Below the pieces are notes generated by a model. The model was not told the DNA's origin, searched no databases, and saw only the letters and a program-made list of their open reading frames with translations. Position numbers and translations under genes: made by a program. A stretch of DNA of 64,000 nt from Christensenella sp. UBA6880 (lineage in GTDB: Bacteria > Bacillota > Clostridia > Christensenellales > CAG-917): assembly GCA_002449145.1 (NCBI GenBank), contig DKCG01000032.1, positions 34,777-98,776 on the forward strand. Reading direction: 5' to 3'. Shown here piece by piece: positions 38,596 to 46,384 of this stretch. Numbering within the stretch: position 1 is the stretch's first letter; each line of letters starts with the position of its first letter.

Positions 38596-38898
38596 ATGGA
38601 ACTTCAAAGGATCAGACACGATCTGTTCGGTATCGCGAAAAGACTGAAAAGTATCGACAGAAGATACGAACTGTTCTTTAATCGCAAGAAAAACAGATAC
38701 GAAATCTACGCTAACGGGGCAATGCAAATGGCATTGCCCTTCGAGCGGCTCGACGCGCGTACTTTGGCGTACGCAAGAAAGACTCGCCTCGAAAACCTCG
38801 AAAAAATCATTGCGGAAATCGAGGAAGAAAACGCGCGACTCGAAATTCAAAAAACTCGCGAAACGCGTGACAAAATTCTCGCCGCAGAGGAAGGATAA
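38596..38898 (+). CDS. hypothetical virion-module protein
   Basis: 100 aa. ATG lies 1 nt after the MCP stop. Helical, Arg/Lys/Glu-rich. Confidence 0.5.
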   Translation: MELQRIRHDLFGIAKRLKSIDRRYELFFNRKKNRYEIYANGAMQMALPFERLDARTLAYARKTRLENLEKIIAEIEEENARLEIQKTRETRDKILAAEEG

Positions 38899-38899
38899 T

Positions 38900-39448
38900 A
38901 TGAAAATCAAAGACGTTGTCGGCGAGTGCCTCGTCAAAATGGGACAAACCGACTTTTCCAACAACCAAACTCTCGACACGGAACAAACCGAACTCAAAAA
39001 CAAACTCGTTGCCGCCGTAAATATCGCGTACAGACACATCGTGAGCGAGTATTTGCCCCTCGTCCAGATAGAAACCGTCAAGGTGACGAACGGGAAAATC
39101 GCCGCTTCGTCGCTGTATAAAAAAATCCTGTACCCCATAAAAATCGTGCAAAACGACGAGAAAATAAGTTTCTATTCGGGGGCGGACTGCATATTTTGCG
39201 ACGTAACGGGCGACGTTAAACTCACGTACGCGTATATGCCGTCGGACGATTTGACTTTTGCAAGCGAGATTAACGATATGCGCCTCACAAGAAGCGTGCT
39301 CGCAAACGGCGCACTTGCAGAATACTACTTCCAAAACAAGATGTTCGACCTCGCAAAGAGTTTCGATTCCGATTTCAGAAACCAAATCGGCGCGCTTCGA
39401 TACAGAGGCAAAAACATTCTCGTCAAGGCAAGGGGGTGGCAGGCGTGA
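38900..39448 (+). CDS. hypothetical protein, possible head-tail adaptor
   Basis: 182 aa. ATG lies 1 nt after the previous stop. The adaptor guess rests on position only. Confidence 0.45.
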   Translation: MKIKDVVGECLVKMGQTDFSNNQTLDTEQTELKNKLVAAVNIAYRHIVSEYLPLVQIETVKVTNGKIAASSLYKKILYPIKIVQNDEKISFYSGADCIFCDVTGDVKLTYAYMPSDDLTFASEINDMRLTRSVLANGALAEYYFQNKMFDLAKSFDSDFRNQIGALRYRGKNILVKARGWQA

Positions 39449-40887
39449 AGGACGTGAAAACGTACAGAAAGAGAATCAAAGTCGGATTCGAGGGGCTGGT
39501 AAATTCCGTTGACGAATCTATCGCAGGGTTAGAGTATGCCGTAAACTGCAAAAACTTCGCTTTTGAAAAGGGCGTGATAAGCGGCAAAATCGGAATTGAT
39601 ACCGCAGGCGGACACTTCAATACCAACGTGTACTACGACACTCACACTTATCCGACGTTCGCCGCCGATAAGGGAATCAAAAAGACTTTCTATTTTCGCA
39701 GAAAAAATCCCGATACGGGCGCACTCGACGACAGAATCGTGTGCGTGCTGTCCGACGGTACGATGTGGAATACCAAAATATTTTCGCTCGACACCTGGCA
39801 TCAATTCGAAAGCCCCTTAATCCAATACGACTCGGACGCGGTGAACTACAACTACAAGAGTGAGGACGTGCTTCTCGTCGCCGCCGAAAATATCGGAATG
39901 TTTGTCGTAAGGGCAGACAGAGTGACTTATCTCGACAAAGCGCCGAAGTTTACCTCTGTCGCCGTGCATAACGAAAGAGTGTTCGGTACGCTGAACGAAA
40001 AGAAAAATCAAGTGTGGTTTTCCGACGACTTCGACCCGAACAACTGGACGATTTCGTCAACGGAAGCAGGCTATATAGATTTTTCCGACGACCTCGGCAA
40101 CGCAATAAAAGTCGTGTCGTTCTTAAACTACCTTTTCGTGTTCCGCGACTACGGAATTATGCGCTTGACCGCATACGGCGATCAGAACGATTTTATAATG
40201 AAAAAGGTGTTTACCGATACGGGACGCATATATAAAAACTCGATTGTGTCGTGCGGCGATAAAATTATGTTCTGCGCGGAGGACGGCGTTTATGCCTTCG
40301 ACGGGTACGAAGCGGTGAAAGTCGGAAAGGAATTTCCCGAAATCATCGACAAGAGAACGGTGTGCGCGGGATACCTCGAAAACAAATACTACCTTGCTTG
40401 CAAACTCGGTCAGCCCGGGGATTTGAAGAACGATTCGGTGATTAGATTCGACACCGAAACTAAGGATATTTCCGTGCTTACCGACGTGGAAGTCGCGGGA
40501 TTCTGCTGCCTCAAATCTGCAAAGGACGCCACATTGCTTTGCTACTTCACAGGCGATAATAAGAACAAACTCGGTATGATGAGCGAGAGCGGAAAAGTGT
40601 TCGAAACCGTCACGGCAAAAACCTACGAAAGTCCCGAAAACACGCTCGGCTCGCCGTACTATAAAACCATACGGGGCGCGTCCGTGTTTACAAAATATCC
40701 GATTACGCTGAAAGTGATCCTCGACGGGAAAGAGTATAAATTCAATATAGCGGCAAAGGATACGCAACAGTATATCCCCGTCGAAAAGTGCGGAATCAGG
40801 GTCAAGTTCGAAATCGAGGCGCAGACGGCGCACGCGTACGTTTCGCCTATCTCGGTGGACGTGGACGTGGAAAGGAGGACGTTATGA
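39436..40887 (+). CDS. hypothetical 480-aa protein, beta-rich
   Basis: GTG start at 39436 or 39445, after AGGGGG. Repetitive beta-strand-like segments. No family recognised. Confidence 0.55.
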   Translation: MAGVKDVKTYRKRIKVGFEGLVNSVDESIAGLEYAVNCKNFAFEKGVISGKIGIDTAGGHFNTNVYYDTHTYPTFAADKGIKKTFYFRRKNPDTGALDDRIVCVLSDGTMWNTKIFSLDTWHQFESPLIQYDSDAVNYNYKSEDVLLVAAENIGMFVVRADRVTYLDKAPKFTSVAVHNERVFGTLNEKKNQVWFSDDFDPNNWTISSTEAGYIDFSDDLGNAIKVVSFLNYLFVFRDYGIMRLTAYGDQNDFIMKKVFTDTGRIYKNSIVSCGDKIMFCAEDGVYAFDGYEAVKVGKEFPEIIDKRTVCAGYLENKYYLACKLGQPGDLKNDSVIRFDTETKDISVLTDVEVAGFCCLKSAKDATLLCYFTGDNKNKLGMMSESGKVFETVTAKTYESPENTLGSPYYKTIRGASVFTKYPITLKVILDGKEYKFNIAAKDTQQYIPVEKCGIRVKFEIEAQTAHAYVSPISVDVDVERRTL

Positions 40888-41030
40888 ACTTCAACGAAAT
40901 AGTTTCTTCCGTAGAGGAACTCACCATAAAAATCGCGGCTCTCGAAAAGACCGTGTCAAATCTCAAAACAGCCGCGGATAGCCTCACGTCGAGAGTCGCC
41001 GCGCTTGAAAATAACGAAGCAGAAGCATAG
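40884..41030 (+). CDS. 48-aa coiled-coil mini-protein (not in ORF track)
   Basis: ATG 40884 overlaps the upstream stop (ATGA) and is preceded by AGGAGG. Product is MNFNEIVSSVEELTIKIAALEKTVSNLKTAADSLTSRVAALENNEAEA. Confidence 0.55.
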   Translation: MNFNEIVSSVEELTIKIAALEKTVSNLKTAADSLTSRVAALENNEAEA

Positions 41031-41039
41031 GAGGCTTTT

Positions 41040-42065
41040 ATGTCATCATTGTGGGACGAAATTAAGGACTTGTTCAAAACGGATCAACAACTCGAACAAG
41101 AAAGACAGGAAAAAATAAATTCCGCTCTCAAAAAAGAAGCGGATGTTTCAAAAAAACTCGCCGAACTCGAAAAACAGTATCAGGATTCTTTGCCCAAAGA
41201 CGAGGAAATCGACTTCGACAAACTGTTCCCGACCGAGTCGGGACTCAAAGAAATCGAGTATACGCCCGAAAGCGACGAAAGTATCGAAAAAAGAGCGCAG
41301 AGCGCAATCGACAGCGAAAAGAAAAAGTCGCAAACCAAAATCAAGGATATGTACTCGGACGCCGTCGCCGCGCTCGACAATGATAAGGATTCCGCACGAC
41401 AAACGCTCTCGGACAGTTACTCGAACCTCGCAAAACTGTACGACGAACTCAAAGAAAAGGCAAACGAAGACTCTATAAAGAGAGGTATGGCAAGAAGCAG
41501 CGTCGCAACCAACAGAATCGACGCGCTCGACCAAAGCCACGTTCAGTCCGCAACCGAAGCCGAAAAGGCGTATATCGGCGCGGTAGCAAAAATAGACGAG
41601 GAAATCTCGAAACTTCAAAGAGATAAGGACAGCGCGCTCGAACAACTCGACCTCAAATCCGCTTCCGACCTCGAAGAATCTATCGCAAAACTCAAAAGCG
41701 AACGCGACGCGAAAGTCGAAGAATACGAAAAATATAACAACGATATTCGCAAAAAGAACGAGAGTTTCCAAGAAGATCGCCAAAAGAAAATCGACGCGTA
41801 TATTGCCGACGCAAAGGCGAAAAAAGCCGAAGAAGAAAAGCAACAGCAAGAGTACGAAAGCAAGTACGGCTACAGCGGCGAGAAACTGGAAAACTACACC
41901 GAAAGATACCGCATTGCGTACGATTTTTACAGCGCGCTTTCACCCGATATTGCCGTGGACGCGCTCAAAGCGTCGCCGAATATGAAGTACTATCTCGGCA
42001 ACCTCTACGACAAGTTATTGTCCTCTTTGCAAAGCAAAAAGAACGACCAAAAGTATTACTTCTAA
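41040..42065 (+). CDS. 341-aa Lys/Glu-rich coiled-coil protein
   Basis: Last gene of the cluster, long predicted helices, AGGAGG upstream. Function unknown. Confidence 0.55.
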   Translation: MSSLWDEIKDLFKTDQQLEQERQEKINSALKKEADVSKKLAELEKQYQDSLPKDEEIDFDKLFPTESGLKEIEYTPESDESIEKRAQSAIDSEKKKSQTKIKDMYSDAVAALDNDKDSARQTLSDSYSNLAKLYDELKEKANEDSIKRGMARSSVATNRIDALDQSHVQSATEAEKAYIGAVAKIDEEISKLQRDKDSALEQLDLKSASDLEESIAKLKSERDAKVEEYEKYNNDIRKKNESFQEDRQKKIDAYIADAKAKKAEEEKQQQEYESKYGYSGEKLENYTERYRIAYDFYSALSPDIAVDALKASPNMKYYLGNLYDKLLSSLQSKKNDQKYYF

Positions 42066-42098
42066 AAAAAACGAGAGCAAATTTTGCTCTCGTTTTTT
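42064..42098. terminator. bidirectional rho-independent terminator
   Basis: A8, stem ACGAGAGCAAA / TTTGCTCTCGT, then T6. Lies between the phage-like cluster and convergent pepV. Confidence 0.75.
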
Positions 42099-42141
42099 CG
42101 TTTAAAAATCTTTTTTCGTTTTTAAAAATCTTTTTTCGTTC

Positions 42142-43536
42142 TTACTTTTTCGAATCGAAACTCACTTTGTCGATAAGGTCGGCGTATGCTTTGACGTAAA
42201 TCTCGAAGATTGCTTTCATCGCTTCGAGGGTGAGTCGCTCGTTGGGTTGGTGAATTATCATTTCGCCGTAACCTTTCATTTCAGGACCGAACGCAACGCA
42301 GTTGTCGAACTCTCTCGCATACGTTCCGCCGGGGGTGCATACGGGCTTGGATTCGACGTCGCCCGTCACTTCGCGATAGGCGTTGTAAAGCACTCGTATC
42401 ATATCAGAATCGGGGTCGATTTTGAAACCTTCGGATTCGCTCAAAAGAACGACTTTTGCACAAACTTCGTTTTTAAACGTCGATTTTATGCCGTTAAACA
42501 TCGTTTTCGTGTCGGTTGAGAAGGGAAGGCGCGAATTGATTTTGATTGAGAATTTGCCGTTTTCATAGTGGCAAAGTCCGACGTTGACGGCGATTTTGCC
42601 GTACTCGTCCTCGGCAAAGCAACCGAGTTTTTCACCGTGTACGCAAGTGGAAATATAGGCGTTGTATATGCGAACGAAGTCGTTGTTCACAACGCCGTCG
42701 AGCGCGGCTACGGCGTACGATATTGCGTTTACGCCGAGTTGAGGTCCAGAGCCGTGCGCCGCCTTGCCGTGTACCGTGAAACGTATCTCGTCGCCGTCGA
42801 TGGCGTATTCGTGTTCGATTCCGTTTTTGCTCAGCGCATCGCATATTCTTTGCGCCACGGCGGAAGGATTTTCACCGTTTGCTTTTACCGTCAGCGTGCA
42901 AATGTCGGGAACTGCGTTTATCACGATTCCGCCGTCGAGGGACACGAGTTTCGCGCCCTTGCCGTCCGTCGATTCGCCCTTGATTTCTACGCTGTTTATG
43001 GTCTTTTCCGCAAATATCACGGGGAACTCGGAATCGGGGGATACGCCGTAGGAAATGGGTTCTTCCACTTCGAGATAATGCTTCATGCAAAGCGAGCCCG
43101 TTTCCTCGTTGCACCCGAATATCACGCGCACGCGCTTGTTGAATTTGAATCCGTCGTCCATCAACGCTTTAATCGCATAGAGGGATATAATCGCAGGGCC
43201 TTTGTCGTCTATCGTGCCTCTGCCCCAAATCGCGCCTTCTTCGAGCGCGCCAGAATAGGGCGGATATTTCCAGCCGTCGCCTTCGGGCACTACGTCGAGA
43301 TGCCCGACTATGCCGACGAGTTCCTTGCCTTCGCCGATTTCCGCATATCCGCAATATCCGTCGAGATTCACCGTGCGGAATCCGAGTTGCTCGGCAACCG
43401 AAAGAACGTAGGCAAGACAATCTTTGTTGCCTTGTCCGAACGGCCCGCCGAGTACGGGCGCGTCAAGCACGGTCTTTATGCGAACGGCGTTTTGAATGGT
43501 CTGTATCATTTGAGGATAATATTTTTCAAGATTCAT
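42142..43536 (-). CDS. pepV: M20-family dipeptidase PepV
   Basis: 464 aa. GIVGHLDVVPEGDGW, GRGTIDDKGP and FGCNEETG are metal-ligand motifs of M20 dipeptidases. Confidence 0.85.
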   Translation of the reverse strand: MNLEKYYPQMIQTIQNAVRIKTVLDAPVLGGPFGQGNKDCLAYVLSVAEQLGFRTVNLDGYCGYAEIGEGKELVGIVGHLDVVPEGDGWKYPPYSGALEEGAIWGRGTIDDKGPAIISLYAIKALMDDGFKFNKRVRVIFGCNEETGSLCMKHYLEVEEPISYGVSPDSEFPVIFAEKTINSVEIKGESTDGKGAKLVSLDGGIVINAVPDICTLTVKANGENPSAVAQRICDALSKNGIEHEYAIDGDEIRFTVHGKAAHGSGPQLGVNAISYAVAALDGVVNNDFVRIYNAYISTCVHGEKLGCFAEDEYGKIAVNVGLCHYENGKFSIKINSRLPFSTDTKTMFNGIKSTFKNEVCAKVVLLSESEGFKIDPDSDMIRVLYNAYREVTGDVESKPVCTPGGTYAREFDNCVAFGPEMKGYGEMIIHQPNERLTLEAMKAIFEIYVKAYADLIDKVSFDSKK

Positions 43537-43562
43537 ATTTGCCTCCGAAATTTTATGTGCAA

Positions 43563-43591
43563 ATTATACCACTTGCGGCTCTCGCGTGCAA
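43563..43591 (-). promoter_or_regulatory. sigma-70-type promoter candidate for pepV
   Basis: On the minus strand, TTGCAC - 17 nt - TATAAT, about 27 nt upstream of the ATG. Confidence 0.5.
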
Positions 43592-43716
43592 GAGGATATA
43601 AAGAGAGTGGAGAAAAATTAAAGGTAATTATTTTGATTTTCAAATGAATACTTGTGTATATTAATTTTTGAATACCAATTCAAGCCAATTCAAGAAACTC
43701 GGCGATTGTGCTTTTA

Positions 43717-43908
43717 GTTTGTGGTACTTCGCTATCGCTCGTTCCACATCACAAACTTCGGCACGCAATGCGTGCTCTGCGTTTTGTGGTACTTCGCTAT
43801 CGCTCGTTCCACAGCACAAACTTCGGCACGCAACGCGTGCTCTGCGTTTTGTGGTACTTCGCCATCGCTCGTTCCACAGCACAAACTTCGGCACGCAACG
43901 CGTGCTTG
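43717..43908. repeat. three tandem 64/65-bp repeats
   Basis: Units start at 43717, 43781 and 43846. Each contains GTGGTACTTCGCYATCGCTCGTTCCAC and the palindrome GCACGCAAYGCGTGC. Confidence 0.85.
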
Positions 43909-43988
43909 TTTTTATATCCGTTTCAACATTTGCGCAAGCGCAAGTTGAACGGATATAAAAAACTGAGTGCACACAATGTATGCACTCA
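43909..43988. terminator. two consecutive strong hairpins downstream of tRNA-Pro
   Basis: First hairpin is TATATCCGTT(T)CAAC...GTTGAACGGATATA flanked by T and A tracts. Second is TGAGTGCA-N9-TGCACTCA. Confidence 0.55.
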
Positions 43989-43998
43989 GCGAAGTTTG

Positions 43999-44075
43999 TG
44001 GTCGGAGTAACGGGACTTGAACCCATGGCCTCTTGACCCCCAGTCAAGCGCGCTACCAAACTGCGCCATACCCCG
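43999..44075 (-). tRNA. tRNA-Pro (anticodon GGG)
   Basis: 77-nt cloverleaf folded by hand. Acceptor CGGGGTA/TACTCCG, anticodon arm CTTGA-CTGGGGG-TCAAG, T-loop TTCAAGT, encoded CCA. Confidence 0.9.
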
Positions 44076-44235
44076 ATAGAATGTTAAAGTTTTTTGTTTC
44101 GTAATTATTTCGTTGCCCAAGACTTCTTTTTGGGAGCGCGCAGCGCTTTCCGTAAGGTCTTGCGTTTTCGTTACCCGAGGCAAGATTTTCTCTCGTCTTT
44201 CAAATGACACCTTTTTAAGATTGCAATTATCGCAA

Positions 44236-44259
44236 ACCAAACTGCGCCATACCCCGATA
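44236..44259 (-). repeat. 24-nt exact duplicate of the tRNA-Pro 5-prime end
   Basis: ACCAAACTGCGCCATACCCCGATA at 44055-44078 (tRNA positions 1-21 plus 3 nt) and again at 44236-44259. Confidence 0.85.
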
Positions 44260-44588
44260 AGAAATTAAGTTTCTTTTGCTACTCGTTCATTGCTCGATTA
44301 AGCAATTCTCTTTTGTTGCATAGGTATTGTAACTCATATTTTCGATTTTGACAAGCGGATTGAAAAATATATCGAAAAATCCTTGTCGCTTCGCCGTTCG
44401 CTATCCCGCCAACGTGTTTACAACGCTTGCATAGCGTGCTAATATTAGGCGTATCGTATTACTGCGATGAGGATATGCAATACCGAAAAAAAACGCACCG
44501 TTTGCAAGATTTGATAAAATAGCACGATAGATATTTGATTTTTCAAGTTGTATTTGATATTATATATAAGCACAAAGCAACGAAAACT

Positions 44589-44627
44589 GTCCGTGTACCT
44601 CAGTAGGATAGAGGGTTCGCCTCCTAA
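44589..44627 (+). pseudogene. orphan diverged tRNA-Arg(CCT)-like 5-prime half
   Basis: GTCCGTG-TA-CCTC-AGTAGGATA-GAGG-G-TTCGC-CTCCTAA. No T-arm or acceptor 3-prime strand follows. Confidence 0.65.
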
Positions 44628-44761
44628 GGGAGTGCTTAACTCGGTAAAAAGCACAACATATTGAGTTAGGACATAACATTTACAACTAAATATTGTGGTT
44701 TTACCATTAACATGTAATACTTGGTATTGTTTTAGGTATTGTTTCGGTATTGTAAAATCTT

Positions 44762-44790
44762 TTGCAATAACTTTCAAATCGTGCTAAAAT
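44762..44790 (+). promoter_or_regulatory. promoter candidate in front of the orphan tRNA 5-prime half
   Basis: TTGCAA - 17 nt - TAAAAT, ending 9 nt before 44800. Confidence 0.45.
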
Positions 44791-44799
44791 ATCAAATAT

Positions 44800-44838
44800 C
44801 TGCCTGTACCTCAGTAGGATAGAGGGTCCGCCTCCTAA
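44800..44838 (+). pseudogene. 5-prime half of an interrupted tRNA-Arg(CCT) gene
   Basis: CTGCCTG-TA-CCTC-AGTAGGATA-GAGG-G-TCCGC-CTCCTAA. The acceptor and anticodon-stem strands pair perfectly with the 3-prime half at 48766-48810. Confidence 0.8.
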
Positions 44839-45003
44839 GGTGCGGATTTAGCCCGTAAAAACCACAATATATTGTGTTTTGGCGGTAATTTCAAATCTAT
44901 ATATTGTGTTAGGTAACGTTTTGGCATAGTTTTGGCATAGTTTTCAATGCTTTGACTATCTTTTATATCGTTAAATTTCTTTTGTTTGAGCAACTTCAAA
45001 TCA

Positions 45004-45031
45004 TTGATTTTTCAGTCAATTTGAGTAAAAT
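45004..45031 (+). promoter_or_regulatory. promoter candidate for the element-borne tRNA-Arg
   Basis: TTGATT - 16 nt - TAAAAT, ending 9 nt before the tRNA 5-prime end. Confidence 0.45.
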
Positions 45032-45040
45032 AAAAGAGAT

Positions 45041-45118
45041 GTCGGATTAGCTCAGTTGGATATGAGCGTGCGCCTCCTAAGCGCAAGGCCCCCGGTTCGA
45101 GCCCGGGATCCGACGCCA
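45041..45118 (+). tRNA. tRNA-Arg (anticodon CCT)
   Basis: 78-nt cloverleaf folded by hand. Acceptor GTCGGAT/ATCCGAC, D-arm GCTC/GAGC, anticodon arm TGCGC-CTCCTAA-GCGCA, T-arm CCCGG-TTCGAGC-CCGGG, encoded CCA. Confidence 0.9.
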
Positions 45119-45220
45119 CTTCCGTTTGGAATCGTATCGGTCGATGCGATTCCTTTTCTTTATGCCCCACAAAAAAAGTAGCCGAGCGTTTCGATACACT
45201 CGGCTATTATAATGTCTGTT

Positions 45221-45637
45221 TCATAATTTGTCGCGTTTCTTTTCAGAGCCTTCTTCAACTCTTCGTTCAATCTCTTTTTCCAGTTCGCGGTAGTTTATAA
45301 TCCATATTCTCCCGTGCAGAAACTTAGATACGTTATCCGATGCTGTGCATCTGTCGATGGTATGCTTATCGACAGCATATTTATGTGTCCGATTAAAACG
45401 AATCAGTGAGTCGTGTTTATTCCTTAGAAGCGGCATTTCACACTTAACATGTTCGCCCTGCGGGTTTATTTTGCTCATAAAATCGTCAAAGTTTATAAGC
45501 CAAGCAGTATCGTGAACATAGTATTCGACACCGCTTTGTTCTGCAAACCGTCGCAAATTAGGGCGTCTGATAATTGTGTTTTTGTCGGCTTGTTTGAATA
45601 GTTTTGCTATATATCCGCTTGTTACTAACTTACTCAT
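45221..45637 (-). CDS. protein with two excisionase-like (Xis/MerR-type HTH) segments
   Basis: 138 aa from ATG 45637. Carries the motifs DTAWLINFDDFMSKI and GRIWIINYRELEKEI, which resemble the W(L/I)(I/V)N core of the neighbouring Xis-like proteins. Confidence 0.5.
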   Translation of the reverse strand: MSKLVTSGYIAKLFKQADKNTIIRRPNLRRFAEQSGVEYYVHDTAWLINFDDFMSKINPQGEHVKCEMPLLRNKHDSLIRFNRTHKYAVDKHTIDRCTASDNVSKFLHGRIWIINYRELEKEIERRVEEGSEKKRDKL

Positions 45638-45830
45638 TTTTGCCTGCCTTTGTGAAGTAGTTGTAGAGTTCGTCAATATTGATAAGCCAAGCATCGCCAA
45701 ACTTAATTGACGTTATAGCACCTTGTTTTATCATACACTGAACGGTACGCCATTTTAATGCGGTTTTTGGATCGCGTTTCTTCATTTCTGCGAGAACGTC
45801 GTTTATTCTTCTTAATCGTGGTATGTACAT
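45630..45830 (-). CDS. excisionase-family DNA-binding protein
   Basis: 66 aa, directly downstream of the integrase remnant. TVQCMIKQGAITSIKFGDAWLINIDELYNYF is Xis-like. Confidence 0.6.
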   Translation of the reverse strand: MYIPRLRRINDVLAEMKKRDPKTALKWRTVQCMIKQGAITSIKFGDAWLINIDELYNYFTKAGKNE

Positions 45831-45832
45831 TT

Positions 45833-46384
45833 TTACTCCTCACTTTCTATCAGATTGATTGCGTTTACAACCTTTTCTTGCGTATCGGGTATGAAGTGAC
45901 TGTAAACCTGTAGCGTAATGCTTGAGTCGCTATGTCCCATATACTTACTTACCGTCTGAATGGGAACGTTTTTTGATAGCAACATACTGCAATAAGTATG
46001 TCGAAGTCCGTGGCAAGTAACGGCTTTGAAACCGTTCCTTTCCTCGAATTTTTTAAGCCATGTGCCTATATGATGAACGGACTCCGGTTCTCGCATAATG
46101 TTTACTGCAAGATAATAGTTGTCCAATTTGTTGTCAAAGTTGTCGTCTGCCAAGCGAAACCAATCCATATATACTTTCAAATCGGCAATAAGTCCGTTTG
46201 AAAGCGGAATATCTCTCTCGGAAGTCTTTGTTTTCGGACACTTTTCGTAAGTGCCGAGCCTTTTTGAATACAGTCTGTTGCGTTTGATGTGAACCAATTT
46301 CTTTTCAAAATCAATGTCGCTCCAACGCAAACCGTGTAATTCAGCGTTTCTTAGAATAAACTTTGGCCCTGTACTTGAGAACAT
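45833..46384 (-). pseudogene. 5-prime-truncated tyrosine recombinase/integrase
   Basis: Only the catalytic domain remains (HGLRWSDIDF, HGLRHTYCSMLL, GHSDSSITLQVYSH with the catalytic Tyr). The N-terminal arm/core-binding domain is absent, and the frame abuts an opposite-strand gene fragment. Confidence 0.75.

Larger units (their letters stand above)
32727..42065 (+). mobile_element. phage-derived packaging/head-morphogenesis gene cluster (no integrase, regulatory, lysis or long-tail genes)
   Basis: Ten co-directional genes with overlaps or gaps of 20 nt or less (one 150-nt gap). The order is TerL, TerS-like, portal, scaffold, MCP, then five unknowns. The cluster ends at a strong bidirectional terminator. 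Confidence 0.65.

Noticed and set aside
32727-42065. Intact inducible prophage
   Set aside because: No integrase, repressor, replication, tape-measure/sheath/baseplate, holin or endolysin candidates. No flanking direct repeats seen by eye. Only 9.3 kb.
43717-43908. Tandem 65-bp repeats considered as a CRISPR array
   Set aside because: The units abut directly without unique spacers. There are only three copies and no cas genes in the window.
43661-44059. 132-aa minus-strand ORF and three plus-strand ORFs over 43.67-44.01 kb
   Set aside because: They translate the 65-bp tandem repeats and run into the tRNA-Pro gene.
44445-44777. 110-aa minus-strand ORF
   Set aside because: It covers the orphan tRNA 5-prime half and AT-rich att-arm-like DNA. 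No RBS or motif.
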